Program-made: the position numbers and the translations under genes | NCBI GenBank assembly: GCA_963718665.1 | Contig: OY970359.1 | Coordinates: forward strand, 1,024,001 to 1,088,000 | Direction: 5' to 3' | Length of the DNA: 64,000 nucleotides | Source of the DNA: an uncultured Phycisphaerales bacterium | Lineage (GTDB): Bacteria; Planctomycetota; Phycisphaerae; Sedimentisphaerales; Anaerobacaceae | Notes under the pieces: generated by a model | What the model saw: the letters and a program-made list of their open reading frames with translations, nothing else | Databases searched by the model: none | Told to the model about the DNA's origin: nothing | Shown: piece by piece, positions 39,295 to 49,692 of the stretch | Layout: every line of letters starts with the position of its first letter | How positions within the stretch are numbered: the first letter of the stretch is position 1

Positions 39295-39645
39295 ATTTCA
39301 ACTTTAATAACACTATTCTTTTTCTGGTTCTTACCTTCTATGTAAACAATAAAATATCGTTCACAATGCCGTCTGACAAGATAACAACACTAAAAGATGC
39401 TAGAGCTCCTACCTGTATCAACTTACAAAATGAGCCGCTCTAATAATCAATATTGGTATCAAAATGGCTGCTAATCCCAGGATGATAGATACTAATACCA
39501 ATATAAGAAAACGTATAGGATTCTGTTTTATGGCTTTTAAAGGAGCTTTTAAATCATCTAAAATCTCTATTTGCATAAAGATACTCTCCCGTAAATTAAA
39601 TAAATATTCGATATAGTTAGCTATTATCCAAAACGACAGCACTAG

Positions 39646-41108
39646 TCAAGGATATAGTTTTGAATTTGCCGCTTCCCCGGTCGCTCCCTCTTCCGTCGCT
39701 TCCGTAATCCTCACCTTCACAATTTGATTTTTCTTAAATCCGTAATCATTTTTTACTTTTTCATTTTTACTTTTTACTTTGACTATGAAGTATCTTTCAC
39801 AATGTCCGAACGCTTGTTTATCTTTTGAACCTTCGATTAGTACTTCGCAGGTTTGATTTATAAATTGTTCTCTGAATTTGAAGGCCAACTCATCGCTGAC
39901 TTTCCGCAGAATCTGTGCCCGTTTTTTAATCACGTCCGCAGGCAATCTGCCTTTCAGTTTCGCAGCAGGGGTCCCCATTCTCGAAGAGAATGGGAATACG
40001 TGTATCTTCGAAAACCCCGCCCACTTCGCCAATTCAACCGTCTGCTCAAAATCCTCATCTGTCTCGCCCGGAAACCCAACGATAATATCCGCCGTAATCG
40101 CTGGCCTGTCCAATCGCCGTTTTATCAGCTCAATTTTCCCCCGCAGTTCTTCTGCCGTATATTGCCGACACATTCTTTTCAACGTCGCACTCGCCCCCGA
40201 CTGCACCGACAAATGAATATGAGGCATAATATTCAAATGCGCACAGAAAACGTCTAACAATTCCTCGCTAATGTCCCCCGGCTCCAAACTACTCACCCGA
40301 ATCCTCGCCAACCCCTCCACCCTCGCCAGCTCTTCCAACAAATCCGCAATCGACGCGCAGCGTCGTCCCCGAGTGTTGCTTCTTTGGCCAGGAACAGGGG
40401 ACCCAAATTCTTCTTCCGTTCTCTGCCCTCCGTCTTCTGTCTTCTGCCTTCTAACTTCTCCCTTTCTCGTCGTGCTTCTTCCGTACGCTCCCAGATTGAC
40501 TCCCGTAACCACAATTTCCTTATGCCCCGCCGCCACAAGGGCTTTTGCCTCACTAATCGCCTCATCCATCGGCCTACTTTGAACATCAGGCCTTACTTTT
40601 GGTACAATACAATAGCTGCAAAGGCCGTCGCAGCCATCTTGGACCTTGAGAAACGCCCTCGTATGCCCCTTGAAACTGGACAATTTTGGCAATTTGGGAT
40701 ATTTAGCGAATTTAGCCATTCCATCCTTGATTTTTAGCCCATTTTTTGCTTTAATAAGGGGATTGTAGTCGATGATAATTTGGGCGATTCTTTGCACAAA
40801 TCATCCCGGTTGCTGATGATATGAATGTTATCGCCGTCGCAAGGGGGATTTTCCCGGCTTTTCATCGCCGGCAGACACCCGCAAACAATCCTTACGCCGG
40901 CAGGGCTGATTTTTAACGCTCTTTGTATATATTGCCTGCTCTTGGCTGACGCGGTTGCTGTTACGCAGCAGGTATTGATTACCGCTAAATCGGGTTTCTC
41001 ACGCGAGTCGGCTGCCGAAAGACCCAGCTCTTCGAGAAGCTGGGCTATCTGCTGCGATTCGTACTGATTTACCTTACAGCCAAGCGTATATATGGAAAAA
41101 GTTCTCAT
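39646..41108 (-). pseudogene. mtaB: tRNA methylthiotransferase MtaB, frameshifted (pseudogene or assembly error)
   Basis: N part TLGCKVNQYES, INTCCVT; C part LKVQDGCDGLCSYC, DIIVGFPGE, HVFPFS.R.GT; the two parts are in different frames near 40797. Confidence 0.85.
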
Positions 41109-41204
41109 AGTTCCTATAATAATATAATTCTTTGTGTTATACTATTGCGCTGGCTCTGAAAAACAGGTCCCGCCCGTTTCCGGCCGGGACAGGAGGCACA
41201 GTTT

Positions 41205-43490
41205 ATGGCGGAAAAAATAGGGTCGGTCTGGGCAATCGACATAGGCAACACCTCGCTTAAGGCCCTCCGACTTAGCAACGAATCCGGCACACTCGAAGTT
41301 ACCGGCTTCGAACATATCCAGCACGGCAAAGTCCTTTCCGGCTCAGGCATCAAGGACCAGGAAAAGCAGGAGCTTATCGCCATTTCCCTTCGCCAGTTTG
41401 TCCAGCAAAACGACCTCGGAAAAGATGAAATCATCATTGCTGTCCCCAGCGCAAACAGTTTCGCCCGTTTTGTCAATCTCCCGCCCGTCGAGAAAAAACG
41501 CATCCCCGAAATCGTCAAGTTCGAAGCCAGCCAGCAGATTCCCTTTGATATCAACGAGGTTGCATGGGATTGGCAGATGATGACGGAAGAGGGGGCGGCG
41601 GAAGCGAAGGTGGGGATATTCGCGATAAAAAACGACGTTGTGACGGCTGAGCTTGAGCACTTCAGCAGAGAAGATTTGGAGGTAACATACGTTCAGATAG
41701 TGCCGATGGCGTTATATAACTATGTTTTTTATGACAGGCCCGACCTGATGAAATCCGATACTCAGGCGACGGTGGTTCTGAATATTGGCGCCGAAACAAC
41801 GGACCTTGTGGTCTGCACGAAATCGGACGTGTGGCAGCGTGCGATTGCGATGGGGGGCAACGCGTTTACCAAGGCGATAGCGGATACGTTCAAGCTGAAT
41901 TTTGAGAAGGCGGAGAAGCTAAAACGGACGGCGCCGATGAGCAAATATGCCAGGCAGATATTGCAGGCGATGAAGCCGGTGTTTACGGATTTGGCGTCGG
42001 AAATTCAGCGTTCACTTGGATTTTATATCAGCTCTCATTCGAATGTGAAGCTAACGAGAGTTATCGCGATGGGCGGCGGCACAAAGATGCGAGGATTGCT
42101 GCAATACCTTCAGCAAAGTTTGCAGATGCCTATAGAGCGTCCAGACGCGTTCAAGCAGGTTGCAATTAACTCGTCGATTTCGGCTGCGAAGTTCCACGAG
42201 AGCGTATGCGATTTTGGCGTAGTTTACGGGCTTGGGGTGCAGGCACTTGGTCTTGGACAGATAGAAAGTAACCTGCTGCCGAAGAGTATAGCCAAATCAA
42301 TGATTTGGGCGAGCAAGACGAAATATTTTGTGCTGGCGGCATGTCTGATATTAGTGGCATCGATTTTGGCGTTCGCCAAGACGCTTGTAGACCGCGCCAG
42401 CTACGCCGGCAAGGTATCGCAGAGGGAGAAAATCAAGGCAGTGCTGAATATGGCGCAGAAAGCGGAGAGCGATTTAAAGGCCGAAGAGGCCAAGTCCAGC
42501 GAGTCAGAGGCGATAATAAAGAAGGAATTCGAGCAGTTCAAATATAGAGATATGGTTCCTTTGCTTTATCAGAAGCTGATAGCGACACTGCCTAACGCCA
42601 AGAGCAATCCAGAGCAGGCGGAGTTATACCGAGCTTTTGCCGGCGGTGACGCCGAGACGATAAAGGAGAAATATCCTGACCGCAGTGAGCGTAAGCAGAT
42701 TTTCGTAACCGGGATGACTATTTATTACACGCTGGATATCGCGAGCGGTCAGTTCGGGGTGATGGGTTTCGAGAAAGGTCTTGATGCAAGAGAGCCAGGT
42801 GCGGGAGGCATGATGGGCGGCAGGAATGCAATGCCCGACAGGAGTGGGATGACGAGGGGCGGTGCTGCCGGTCGTCGCGGCGGCGGCAGAGGGACGCTGG
42901 AGGCGCGAGGCAGAGGGGCAGGGGTACCGACACCCGGCGGCGCAACACCGCGAGGTTTTGTCGTAACGATAACCGGGTACAGTCCTTATAAGAATATAAG
43001 CGAGCTGCTGGACCCTGTCGGCGTCAAGAACGACCAGAATCAGTGGGGATTAGTTACCCGGCTGATGCATTTGAACAGTATGTTTGACGGCAACAGTCCT
43101 TTTGAGCTTTACAAGAAGACGGACAAACAGCATTTTGACTTTCAGACGGGGGAAGTAGATTTGGCGGCGGAGATGCCTCCCGGTATAGGGGTCAAGAAGA
43201 AAATAGAGGGCAAGGACGATGTGTTAATTGACCCGATGACCAATGAGATAATAAGCAAAATTACGAATGCTGATAAAACCGCGCAGGTAAACGACTCCTG
43301 GTTTGTGCTGAACTTTAAACTTAAGTGGAAGGATACAAACGAGCCACCGAGTGAAGCGGTCGCGCCCCCAGGCGTGCTCCTAGGCAAGCCACCAGGCGGC
43401 CAGCCAGCGCCACCTCCAAATAGCGGTCGCAAGTCACAATCTCCTAAACCTAAAGGCGGCGGTGGTGGCGGCGGCGGGGAAATGGAATAA
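41205..43490 (+). CDS. pilM: PilM-like type IV pilus assembly protein with long C-terminal extension
   Basis: WAIDIG, FEASQQIPF, GGNAFTKAI, EIQRSLGFY, GGGTKM, NLLP followed by a TM helix. Confidence 0.85.
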   Translation: MAEKIGSVWAIDIGNTSLKALRLSNESGTLEVTGFEHIQHGKVLSGSGIKDQEKQELIAISLRQFVQQNDLGKDEIIIAVPSANSFARFVNLPPVEKKRIPEIVKFEASQQIPFDINEVAWDWQMMTEEGAAEAKVGIFAIKNDVVTAELEHFSREDLEVTYVQIVPMALYNYVFYDRPDLMKSDTQATVVLNIGAETTDLVVCTKSDVWQRAIAMGGNAFTKAIADTFKLNFEKAEKLKRTAPMSKYARQILQAMKPVFTDLASEIQRSLGFYISSHSNVKLTRVIAMGGGTKMRGLLQYLQQSLQMPIERPDAFKQVAINSSISAAKFHESVCDFGVVYGLGVQALGLGQIESNLLPKSIAKSMIWASKTKYFVLAACLILVASILAFAKTLVDRASYAGKVSQREKIKAVLNMAQKAESDLKAEEAKSSESEAIIKKEFEQFKYRDMVPLLYQKLIATLPNAKSNPEQAELYRAFAGGDAETIKEKYPDRSERKQIFVTGMTIYYTLDIASGQFGVMGFEKGLDAREPGAGGMMGGRNAMPDRSGMTRGGAAGRRGGGRGTLEARGRGAGVPTPGGATPRGFVVTITGYSPYKNISELLDPVGVKNDQNQWGLVTRLMHLNSMFDGNSPFELYKKTDKQHFDFQTGEVDLAAEMPPGIGVKKKIEGKDDVLIDPMTNEIISKITNADKTAQVNDSWFVLNFKLKWKDTNEPPSEAVAPPGVLLGKPPGGQPAPPPNSGRKSQSPKPKGGGGGGGGEME

Positions 43491-43545
43491 CTCGCGGTGA
43501 AGAAATTCTGTTTTTAGCATAATGTTTTACTGATGGTGATGGTGA

Positions 43546-44796
43546 ATGGCCAAGATTAACATTGACATATCAAAATTGAAAGATTTGCTGAAGGTGTTTG
43601 GTGGATTTCGGGCATATTCTGTATTGATTTGGCCCGCGATAATAGTTTTGGCCTGCGGGGCCGTTCTTACGGCGACAGTATTGCTTGGCAGGGGCCTAAA
43701 GCAAAAGGTTAGCAATGAAAGTGTGCCGATAGGCAATAAGGTGCTTAGTCAGTTGAAGAGTTCGCCGGCGGCGAAGCAAGCCGAGGTGGAAAAGCGGTAT
43801 CAGGAGGCATACCAGCAGGACGCCAATTTCATACAACAATTGTCAGTGCAGGGTTCTGAGCGTGAGCTTCTGAGTTACGACATATTTCCTCAACCCAAGG
43901 ATACATCGACCTTGCTATTCACCCGGTTCGGGGAGAATTATCGTCATGGAATCGAGGCAATGATAAAGAAGGTCAACGGTCACGATTGTCCCAGTGCAGA
44001 TGAGATAAGGGCTGCAACGGAGACGGGTAAAAGCTCCGGGTCTTCAAGGTTGAGCGGGGACAGTGACGCAACGGCAAGGATTATCGATGAGATTTGTCGG
44101 GCCAGGGCGAAGTCGTCGTCGGTATATGCGAGTCCTGACATCGTGAGCGGATATGATTTTTGGAAGACGTACAAGTATTCCAATGCAGATGATAGCATCA
44201 AGGACTGCTGGTTCTGGCAGATTGGTTACTGGATAATAGAGGATGTGTTTACCACGGTGGAGAAAATGAACGCCGGTTCGAGCAGCATATCCAGTTCTCC
44301 TGTGAAGCGAGTGGAGCGGGTCGGTTTTTTGACGCCAGACGCTCTTTTTATGGCCGGAAGCACCGGTGCCAGCGGGGGTTTGAAAGTGGCGCAGGACAGG
44401 CCTAAGTACGTGACCAGGCCGGAGGAGCAGTTGACAGAGTCGTTTACCGGTCGCATAAGCAACGAAAGTATGGATGTGGTGCATTTTAGTATGGTTGTAG
44501 TGTTGAGCACCAAAGCGATAGTGCCTTTTATGCGGGAGTTGTGCAGCGCCAAGGAGCACAGTTTCAGCGGATTCACGGGCCAGGAACCGGCGAAAGTTTT
44601 CAAGCACAACCAGATAACGATTTTGGAGTGCCGTGTTAAGCCGGTGGTTCCGCTATACAGCGACCAATATTACAGATATGGGACTGAATCAGTGGCCGAA
44701 GTTGAAATGGTTTGCGAATATATATTCAACAAGCAGGGTTATGACGCGATAAAACCGGAGTCGATAAAGAGTCCCGTGGCCAAAACGGGCAATTAG
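43546..44796 (+). CDS. Pilus-cluster membrane protein (possible PilO-like)
   Basis: N-terminal TM helix; directly downstream of pilM, same strand. Confidence 0.65.
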   Translation: MAKINIDISKLKDLLKVFGGFRAYSVLIWPAIIVLACGAVLTATVLLGRGLKQKVSNESVPIGNKVLSQLKSSPAAKQAEVEKRYQEAYQQDANFIQQLSVQGSERELLSYDIFPQPKDTSTLLFTRFGENYRHGIEAMIKKVNGHDCPSADEIRAATETGKSSGSSRLSGDSDATARIIDEICRARAKSSSVYASPDIVSGYDFWKTYKYSNADDSIKDCWFWQIGYWIIEDVFTTVEKMNAGSSSISSSPVKRVERVGFLTPDALFMAGSTGASGGLKVAQDRPKYVTRPEEQLTESFTGRISNESMDVVHFSMVVVLSTKAIVPFMRELCSAKEHSFSGFTGQEPAKVFKHNQITILECRVKPVVPLYSDQYYRYGTESVAEVEMVCEYIFNKQGYDAIKPESIKSPVAKTGN

Positions 44797-44873
44797 AAAC
44801 GGCGTCTGATTGAGTTTGCCGGAGCAGAGTTGCGACGAATCGGGACTTCGGAGAACGTAAGGATTTTGGAATT

Positions 44874-46912
44874 ATGATAAAAAAACAAGGCAATTTCATA
44901 GAATCGCATATAGAAAAGGCAGTGTTGTTAATAGGCGTTCTTGCGCGCTGTACATTGTGTATGCGTTTGTTCTGAGTAACGTGGAAAAGGTCCCATTCAA
45001 CGGCCAGAGTTTTAGTCCCGGGCAGATTGATACATACATAGCGGAGCAATCAGACAAGCTTCAATCTCAGCTGGAGAGGGAGCCGAGTCTCAAGCCGGCA
45101 TATATACCTCAAAGCAAAGTTTTTCTGGAAAAAATGAATTCGGTGCTGGACAAAAATTTGAATGTGTTCTGGCCTGTGCCGAGTTCCATAGAGATGACGG
45201 TGGACAAGAGATATCGCATCCCGACGGTCGGTGAAGTAAATGATGTATTAGTGGGGCACATAAGAGCTGCGGCGTACCTTCCGAAGGTTGCGATTACCCA
45301 GGAGAATGTCGGGTCCGAAGATTCATATGAGCCGAACGACCTTGATTTAGTTACGGTCCAGGGGAATTTTGACCTTGGTTCGCTGATAGACAGTTTTCAG
45401 GAATGTTTTGCTGGCAAAGGAGTTCCTGAGGGCTGGCGTGATAAAGGTCTGGCCAGGCCGGTGTTTGCGGGTGTTGGGCTTCAAAGGCAGCGTCTTGATG
45501 AAAATGGGGAATGGAGCCAGTGGGAAGACATTCCACGTTTGCGGATAGACCCCAAGCGAAACACATACAAGATAATAGATGATGTTAATGATCTTCCGAT
45601 GGGCGGAGTTATGGTTCAGATTGCGCAGTTGGGCGACCAGCGGACGCAGGTGAGTATGCTTCAGCCGGAGCCGTACAGGATAGCGTCTGCGGAGGATAAC
45701 TGGCTGCCACCTGTATTGCACGAGAAGTTTTTAACGGTTCGTCGAGAGAAAGAGGCACAGGAGCGTCGTGAGGCGGCAACGGAGCGTGAAACCAAAACGG
45801 CAGAAGAACGTGAAAAGACGACAACGACGCGTTCGTCCCGTGAGGAACGTGGAACCGGAGTATCCGGCGGTGGTCGCGGCACAACAACAGGGCAAACGAT
45901 GGGCGGCGCAGGCAGAGGCGCGGCGGGTGGAGGCGGTGCCGCCAGAGGTCCGGTCGGCGGTGGAGTCGCCAGAGGTCCAGTCGGCGGTGCAGGAGGCCGT
46001 CCGACGGCAGCAGAAAGCGGTGTTTCTCGCAACACTCAGAGAACTACGAGCCGGACAGACACGCGTACTGAAGCGACGACGGCCGAGCAGAAGAAGATTG
46101 CCAAGACGACAGTAACAGAGGCGACAATAAACGAAGAACTGAGAAAGATGCTGCTGAGGAACAAGGATTTAAGCAGTTTGCATGAGACGATAACATTCTG
46201 GGCATATGATGATACAGTGGAGCCGGGGGCGAGCTATCGTTATCGAATTCGCATCGGGGTATTCAATCCTGTGGCCGGGACCGGCCAAGTGCTGGCGGAA
46301 GACGCGGCGAGTAACAGCAAAGTAATATTATGGAGCGATTTTTCGGAAGAGACGGACATAGTTGATATTCCCAAACGGCTGTATTTCTTCCCGACAAACG
46401 TTCAGGAAGCTGCAAAGGCCGTAGAGGTTCAGGTTTGCAAATACGTGATGGGTTATTGGTACAGCGAGCAGTTTATGGTCAAACGCGGAGATATCATAGG
46501 CAAGATAGCAAAGGTTGAGATTAGCGAGAAAGACAAAGACAAGACCGCAGACGTGAAGCTGCCTGAGGCGATAGATTACACAACTGGAGCGATTGTGGTG
46601 GACGTGGTGGCAATGAATGACTGGTTCGGAGACAAAACTCTGCAGTCGCAGCAGTATTTTGACGTATTGTTCAGTTTTGACGGAATGAGGGTGGACAGGT
46701 TGCCTGCGAAACTGATGAACTGGCCCGAGGATTTACGTTTGAAGTATAGCGAATTAAAGTCGCTGGAGAAAAAGACCAAAGCGCCATTGCGTGACTGGAA
46801 CAGCGCCAGCGTGCTGGAGGGAAGCCAGCGTGCTGCGCCCGGCGGCAGAGGGCCAATGGACAGGGGCGGCAATATGCAGGACACAATGCCAAACAGGGGG
46901 CCTATGCGGTAA
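44874..46912 (+). CDS. Pilus-cluster protein, apparent frameshift near its 5' end
   Basis: ATG 44874 gives MIKKQGNFIESHIEKAVLLIGVL, continuing in the -1 frame as ALYIVYAFVLS; later DDTVEPGASYRYRIRIGVFNP. Confidence 0.65.
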
Positions 46913-46923
46913 AATCAAGGGTG

Positions 46924-47988
46924 TTAGTCCTTTGGGCAATTAGCTGTAAGGACAACGCAGCCGTCTTTTGTGACTAAACAATCGTCTTCGATTCTGACTC
47001 CGAGGCGTCCGGGGATATAAACGCCCGGTTCAATTGTAATCACATCGCCTGCCTGTAATTTTCCTTTTGCTTTGCCTGATATGGCGGGCAGCTCGTGTAC
47101 CTCCAGGCCAAGTCCGTGCCCGGTTCCGTGGCCATAAACAGGCAGGTCTGCTTTTTTTATAATTTCCCGCGCAGTTGTATCGAGCTGGCTGATTTCGACT
47201 CCAGCTTTGACCATTCTTATGGCGGCGGCCTGTGCCTGTTTTACGACGGCGTAAACTTCGTTATAAAGCCCGCTGGGTGTGCCGACAGAAAAGCACCTGG
47301 TCAAATCACAGCAGTAGCCGTCGAGGCGCACACCGAAGTCGATGAGGATGGTATCATTTTTTCTTAATTTGCGCGAGGTAGGCTGGTGATGAGGTCTTGA
47401 GGCATTGGGGCCAAAGGCGACAATTGTTTCAAAGCTGTTTGCACCCCCGGCTTTTCTGATTTCAAAATCGACAATTCCCGCCAGAACGTTTTCCGTAAGC
47501 CCAGGTTTAACCTGTCGGAGGACGCGTTCGAATGCCCGTGCGGCGATTTTGGCGGCGGCGCGAACGGCGGCAACCTCGACCCGGTCTTTTTCCCGGCGTG
47601 CTGATTCGACGATACCTTCGGCGGCCTTCAGTCGGCAGGACAGGTTTTTCTTCAGCAACTGGAAATTGGCGAGCGATATTGATTTTTCGACGGCGGCGGT
47701 TTTGATTCCGCGTTGCTTTCGCAGCAGTTCGGCGACAGTGTTACCCATCGCTGCGGTGCGTTCGACGATTTTGCAGAATGGGCACTGGGTAACGGCCTGT
47801 TCGGTGTATCTGCTGTCGGTTACAAGCACGACTGCGCGAGGCAGAACAATCGCCCAACTATCTTCGCCGCTAAAGCCGGTGAGATAGGTAACGTTGGGGG
47901 GGGGTGCGGCGATGAGACAATCCGCGCCGGCCCGGGTAATCGCGGCCCGGATGCCCTTAAGGCGGGTTTTATATGCGTGCTTATCCAT
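46924..47988 (-). CDS. Xaa-Pro aminopeptidase (M24B)
   Basis: YLTGFSG, TDSRY, IDFG..GYCCDLTR, HGTGHGLGLEVHE, TIEPG, GVRIED. Confidence 0.93.
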   Translation of the reverse strand: MDKHAYKTRLKGIRAAITRAGADCLIAAPPPNVTYLTGFSGEDSWAIVLPRAVVLVTDSRYTEQAVTQCPFCKIVERTAAMGNTVAELLRKQRGIKTAAVEKSISLANFQLLKKNLSCRLKAAEGIVESARREKDRVEVAAVRAAAKIAARAFERVLRQVKPGLTENVLAGIVDFEIRKAGGANSFETIVAFGPNASRPHHQPTSRKLRKNDTILIDFGVRLDGYCCDLTRCFSVGTPSGLYNEVYAVVKQAQAAAIRMVKAGVEISQLDTTAREIIKKADLPVYGHGTGHGLGLEVHELPAISGKAKGKLQAGDVITIEPGVYIPGRLGVRIEDDCLVTKDGCVVLTANCPKD

Positions 47989-48200
47989 TCGTAAAAATTC
48001 TCCAGTCAAAAACCTGATGCCATTATTAACAGCAAGGGCGGCAAAAATAAAGATTTTTCCCGCGTTGATTTGGAGGCGGGGAATTCTTTTACTATAATTT
48101 GGTTAATTGGATTGATCCGGATGGATGAGGAAAGCCGGTCAAAAATAGAGCATATCGCCTCGCAATAATAACTTTAACGAGTAAAGTAGGAGGAAACACA

Positions 48201-48320
48201 ATGAAACGTATAGCATTAGTTGCTGTTATGCTGCTAATAGCAGCGTTATCCTGGACCATATCCACGTATGATACAGGCAGAAGCCAGATTGTGGTAGTGA
48301 GCTATTGCTGGAGATTTTAG
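48201..48320 (+). CDS. 39-aa small ORF with signal-peptide-like N-terminus
   Basis: AGGAGG RBS; MKRIALVAVMLLIAALSWTISTYDTGRSQIVVVSYCWRF; terminator downstream. Confidence 0.5.
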   Translation: MKRIALVAVMLLIAALSWTISTYDTGRSQIVVVSYCWRF

Positions 48321-48400
48321 GATAGCTTACGACGATGGATAAGCTGATTGATATCCCGTTTTAGTTATTACACGCAGGAAAACTTACCATAGTTCACCTG

Positions 48401-48432
48401 AAACAGGACGGCTGAAGTCGTCCTGTTTTTTT
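48401..48432 (+). terminator. Rho-independent terminator
   Basis: AAACAGGACGGC-TGAA-GTCGTCCTG followed by a T run. Confidence 0.75.
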
Positions 48433-48514
48433 ATGTCTTGCCCGCCCGGCGGAAAGCCCTTACAATGCTGCCCTTTGAATTGTCCTGCTTTTTCAAAGGT
48501 AAACGGAATCCATT

Positions 48515-49675
48515 ATGCTGCTGCCTATACGAACAAATGTCAGGTGCTACAGAACACCATACGCCAATTACGCCATCATAGCCGTAAATGTGATTGTGTT
48601 TCTGCTGAGCTACTGGCCCGATGGGCAGGCAAGAGAAATTCTGCGTCCCTGGGCGGAACGGTTTGTTTTCATGCCTGCTCACCCGTTTTTGTGGCAGTTT
48701 ATCACTTACGCTTTTCTGCACGCCAACATGCTGCACATTTTCGGCAACATGTTCTTTTTGTACATCTTCGGCAATAACGTAAACGACAAGCTCGGTCATT
48801 TCGGCTACACGTGCTTTTACTTAGCGGGCGCGGTATTCAGCGCGGTGGGCCATACGCTGATAAACAGCAACCCGGTTATGGGCGCCAGCGGCGCGGTGGC
48901 CGCGGTTACGGGGGCGTATCTTGTGCTGTTCCCGCAGACCCTTATAACTATCGTTTACTGGTTTATCTTCATCGGCACGGTTGATGTTCCAGCCCTTTAC
49001 TTTATCGCATTCAAGATGATTATTTTCGATAACGTCATCGGGCGATACACGTCTAACGTCGCCTATGATGCGCATATTGCGGGTTATTCGTTCGGCATCG
49101 TTTCATCGCTGTTTCTGCTGGCGACAGGGTTGTTGAGCAGCTCGCAATTTGACCTTTGGGCGATGTTCAAGCAGTGGAACCGCAGGCGCGCATATCGCGA
49201 CGCGATTGCCACCGGCTATAACCCATACACAGGACAGGGCGGCACAAAACGGATTATGGCCAAAGAGATAACAAAGCCGGGGCCTGATGAGCCGCAGATC
49301 AGGCAGCTGCGCGAAGACATCGCCAACAGTATTTATCAGCACGACCTGCAAACAGCCGCTCAACAGTATCTTAATCTTATGTCACTCGACAGCGAACAGA
49401 TTCTGCCCCGCCAGCATTTGCTCGATATCGCCAACCAGCTTGCCAGCGAGGGTGAATATAAGCCGGCCGCGTCGGTTTACGAAAAATTTCTCACTCACTA
49501 CGCAAATTATGAGCATATTGAGCAGGTTGAGCTGATGCTGGGGATAATATACTCGCGGTATCTTGAGAAACCCGACCTTGCGTTAAATCATTTGCGTGCC
49601 GCAGAGAAAAAAATTGCCGACGCCGCCCAGTTATTAATGTGCCGGTCGGAAATCGAAAAACTGCAAAGCCGCTAA
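48515..49675 (+). CDS. Rhomboid intramembrane protease with C-terminal TPR-like domain
   Basis: FLHANMLHIFGNM, GASGA, AHIAG. Confidence 0.92.
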   Translation: MLLPIRTNVRCYRTPYANYAIIAVNVIVFLLSYWPDGQAREILRPWAERFVFMPAHPFLWQFITYAFLHANMLHIFGNMFFLYIFGNNVNDKLGHFGYTCFYLAGAVFSAVGHTLINSNPVMGASGAVAAVTGAYLVLFPQTLITIVYWFIFIGTVDVPALYFIAFKMIIFDNVIGRYTSNVAYDAHIAGYSFGIVSSLFLLATGLLSSSQFDLWAMFKQWNRRRAYRDAIATGYNPYTGQGGTKRIMAKEITKPGPDEPQIRQLREDIANSIYQHDLQTAAQQYLNLMSLDSEQILPRQHLLDIANQLASEGEYKPAASVYEKFLTHYANYEHIEQVELMLGIIYSRYLEKPDLALNHLRAAEKKIADAAQLLMCRSEIEKLQSR

Positions 49676-49692
49676 CCTATCTGGTTACGATT

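Larger units (their letters stand above)
38200..39576 (-). pseudogene. Degraded AT-rich membrane-protein gene interrupted by the IS
   Basis: MQIEILDD.. TM ORF stops early; a downstream frame IVYIEGK..KVE|ITENRDNGAIGITE reads through the reconstructed empty IS site. Confidence 0.35.

Noticed and set aside
35343..39640. Prophage
   Set aside because: No integrase, structural, terminase or lysis genes around the HNH gene and island.
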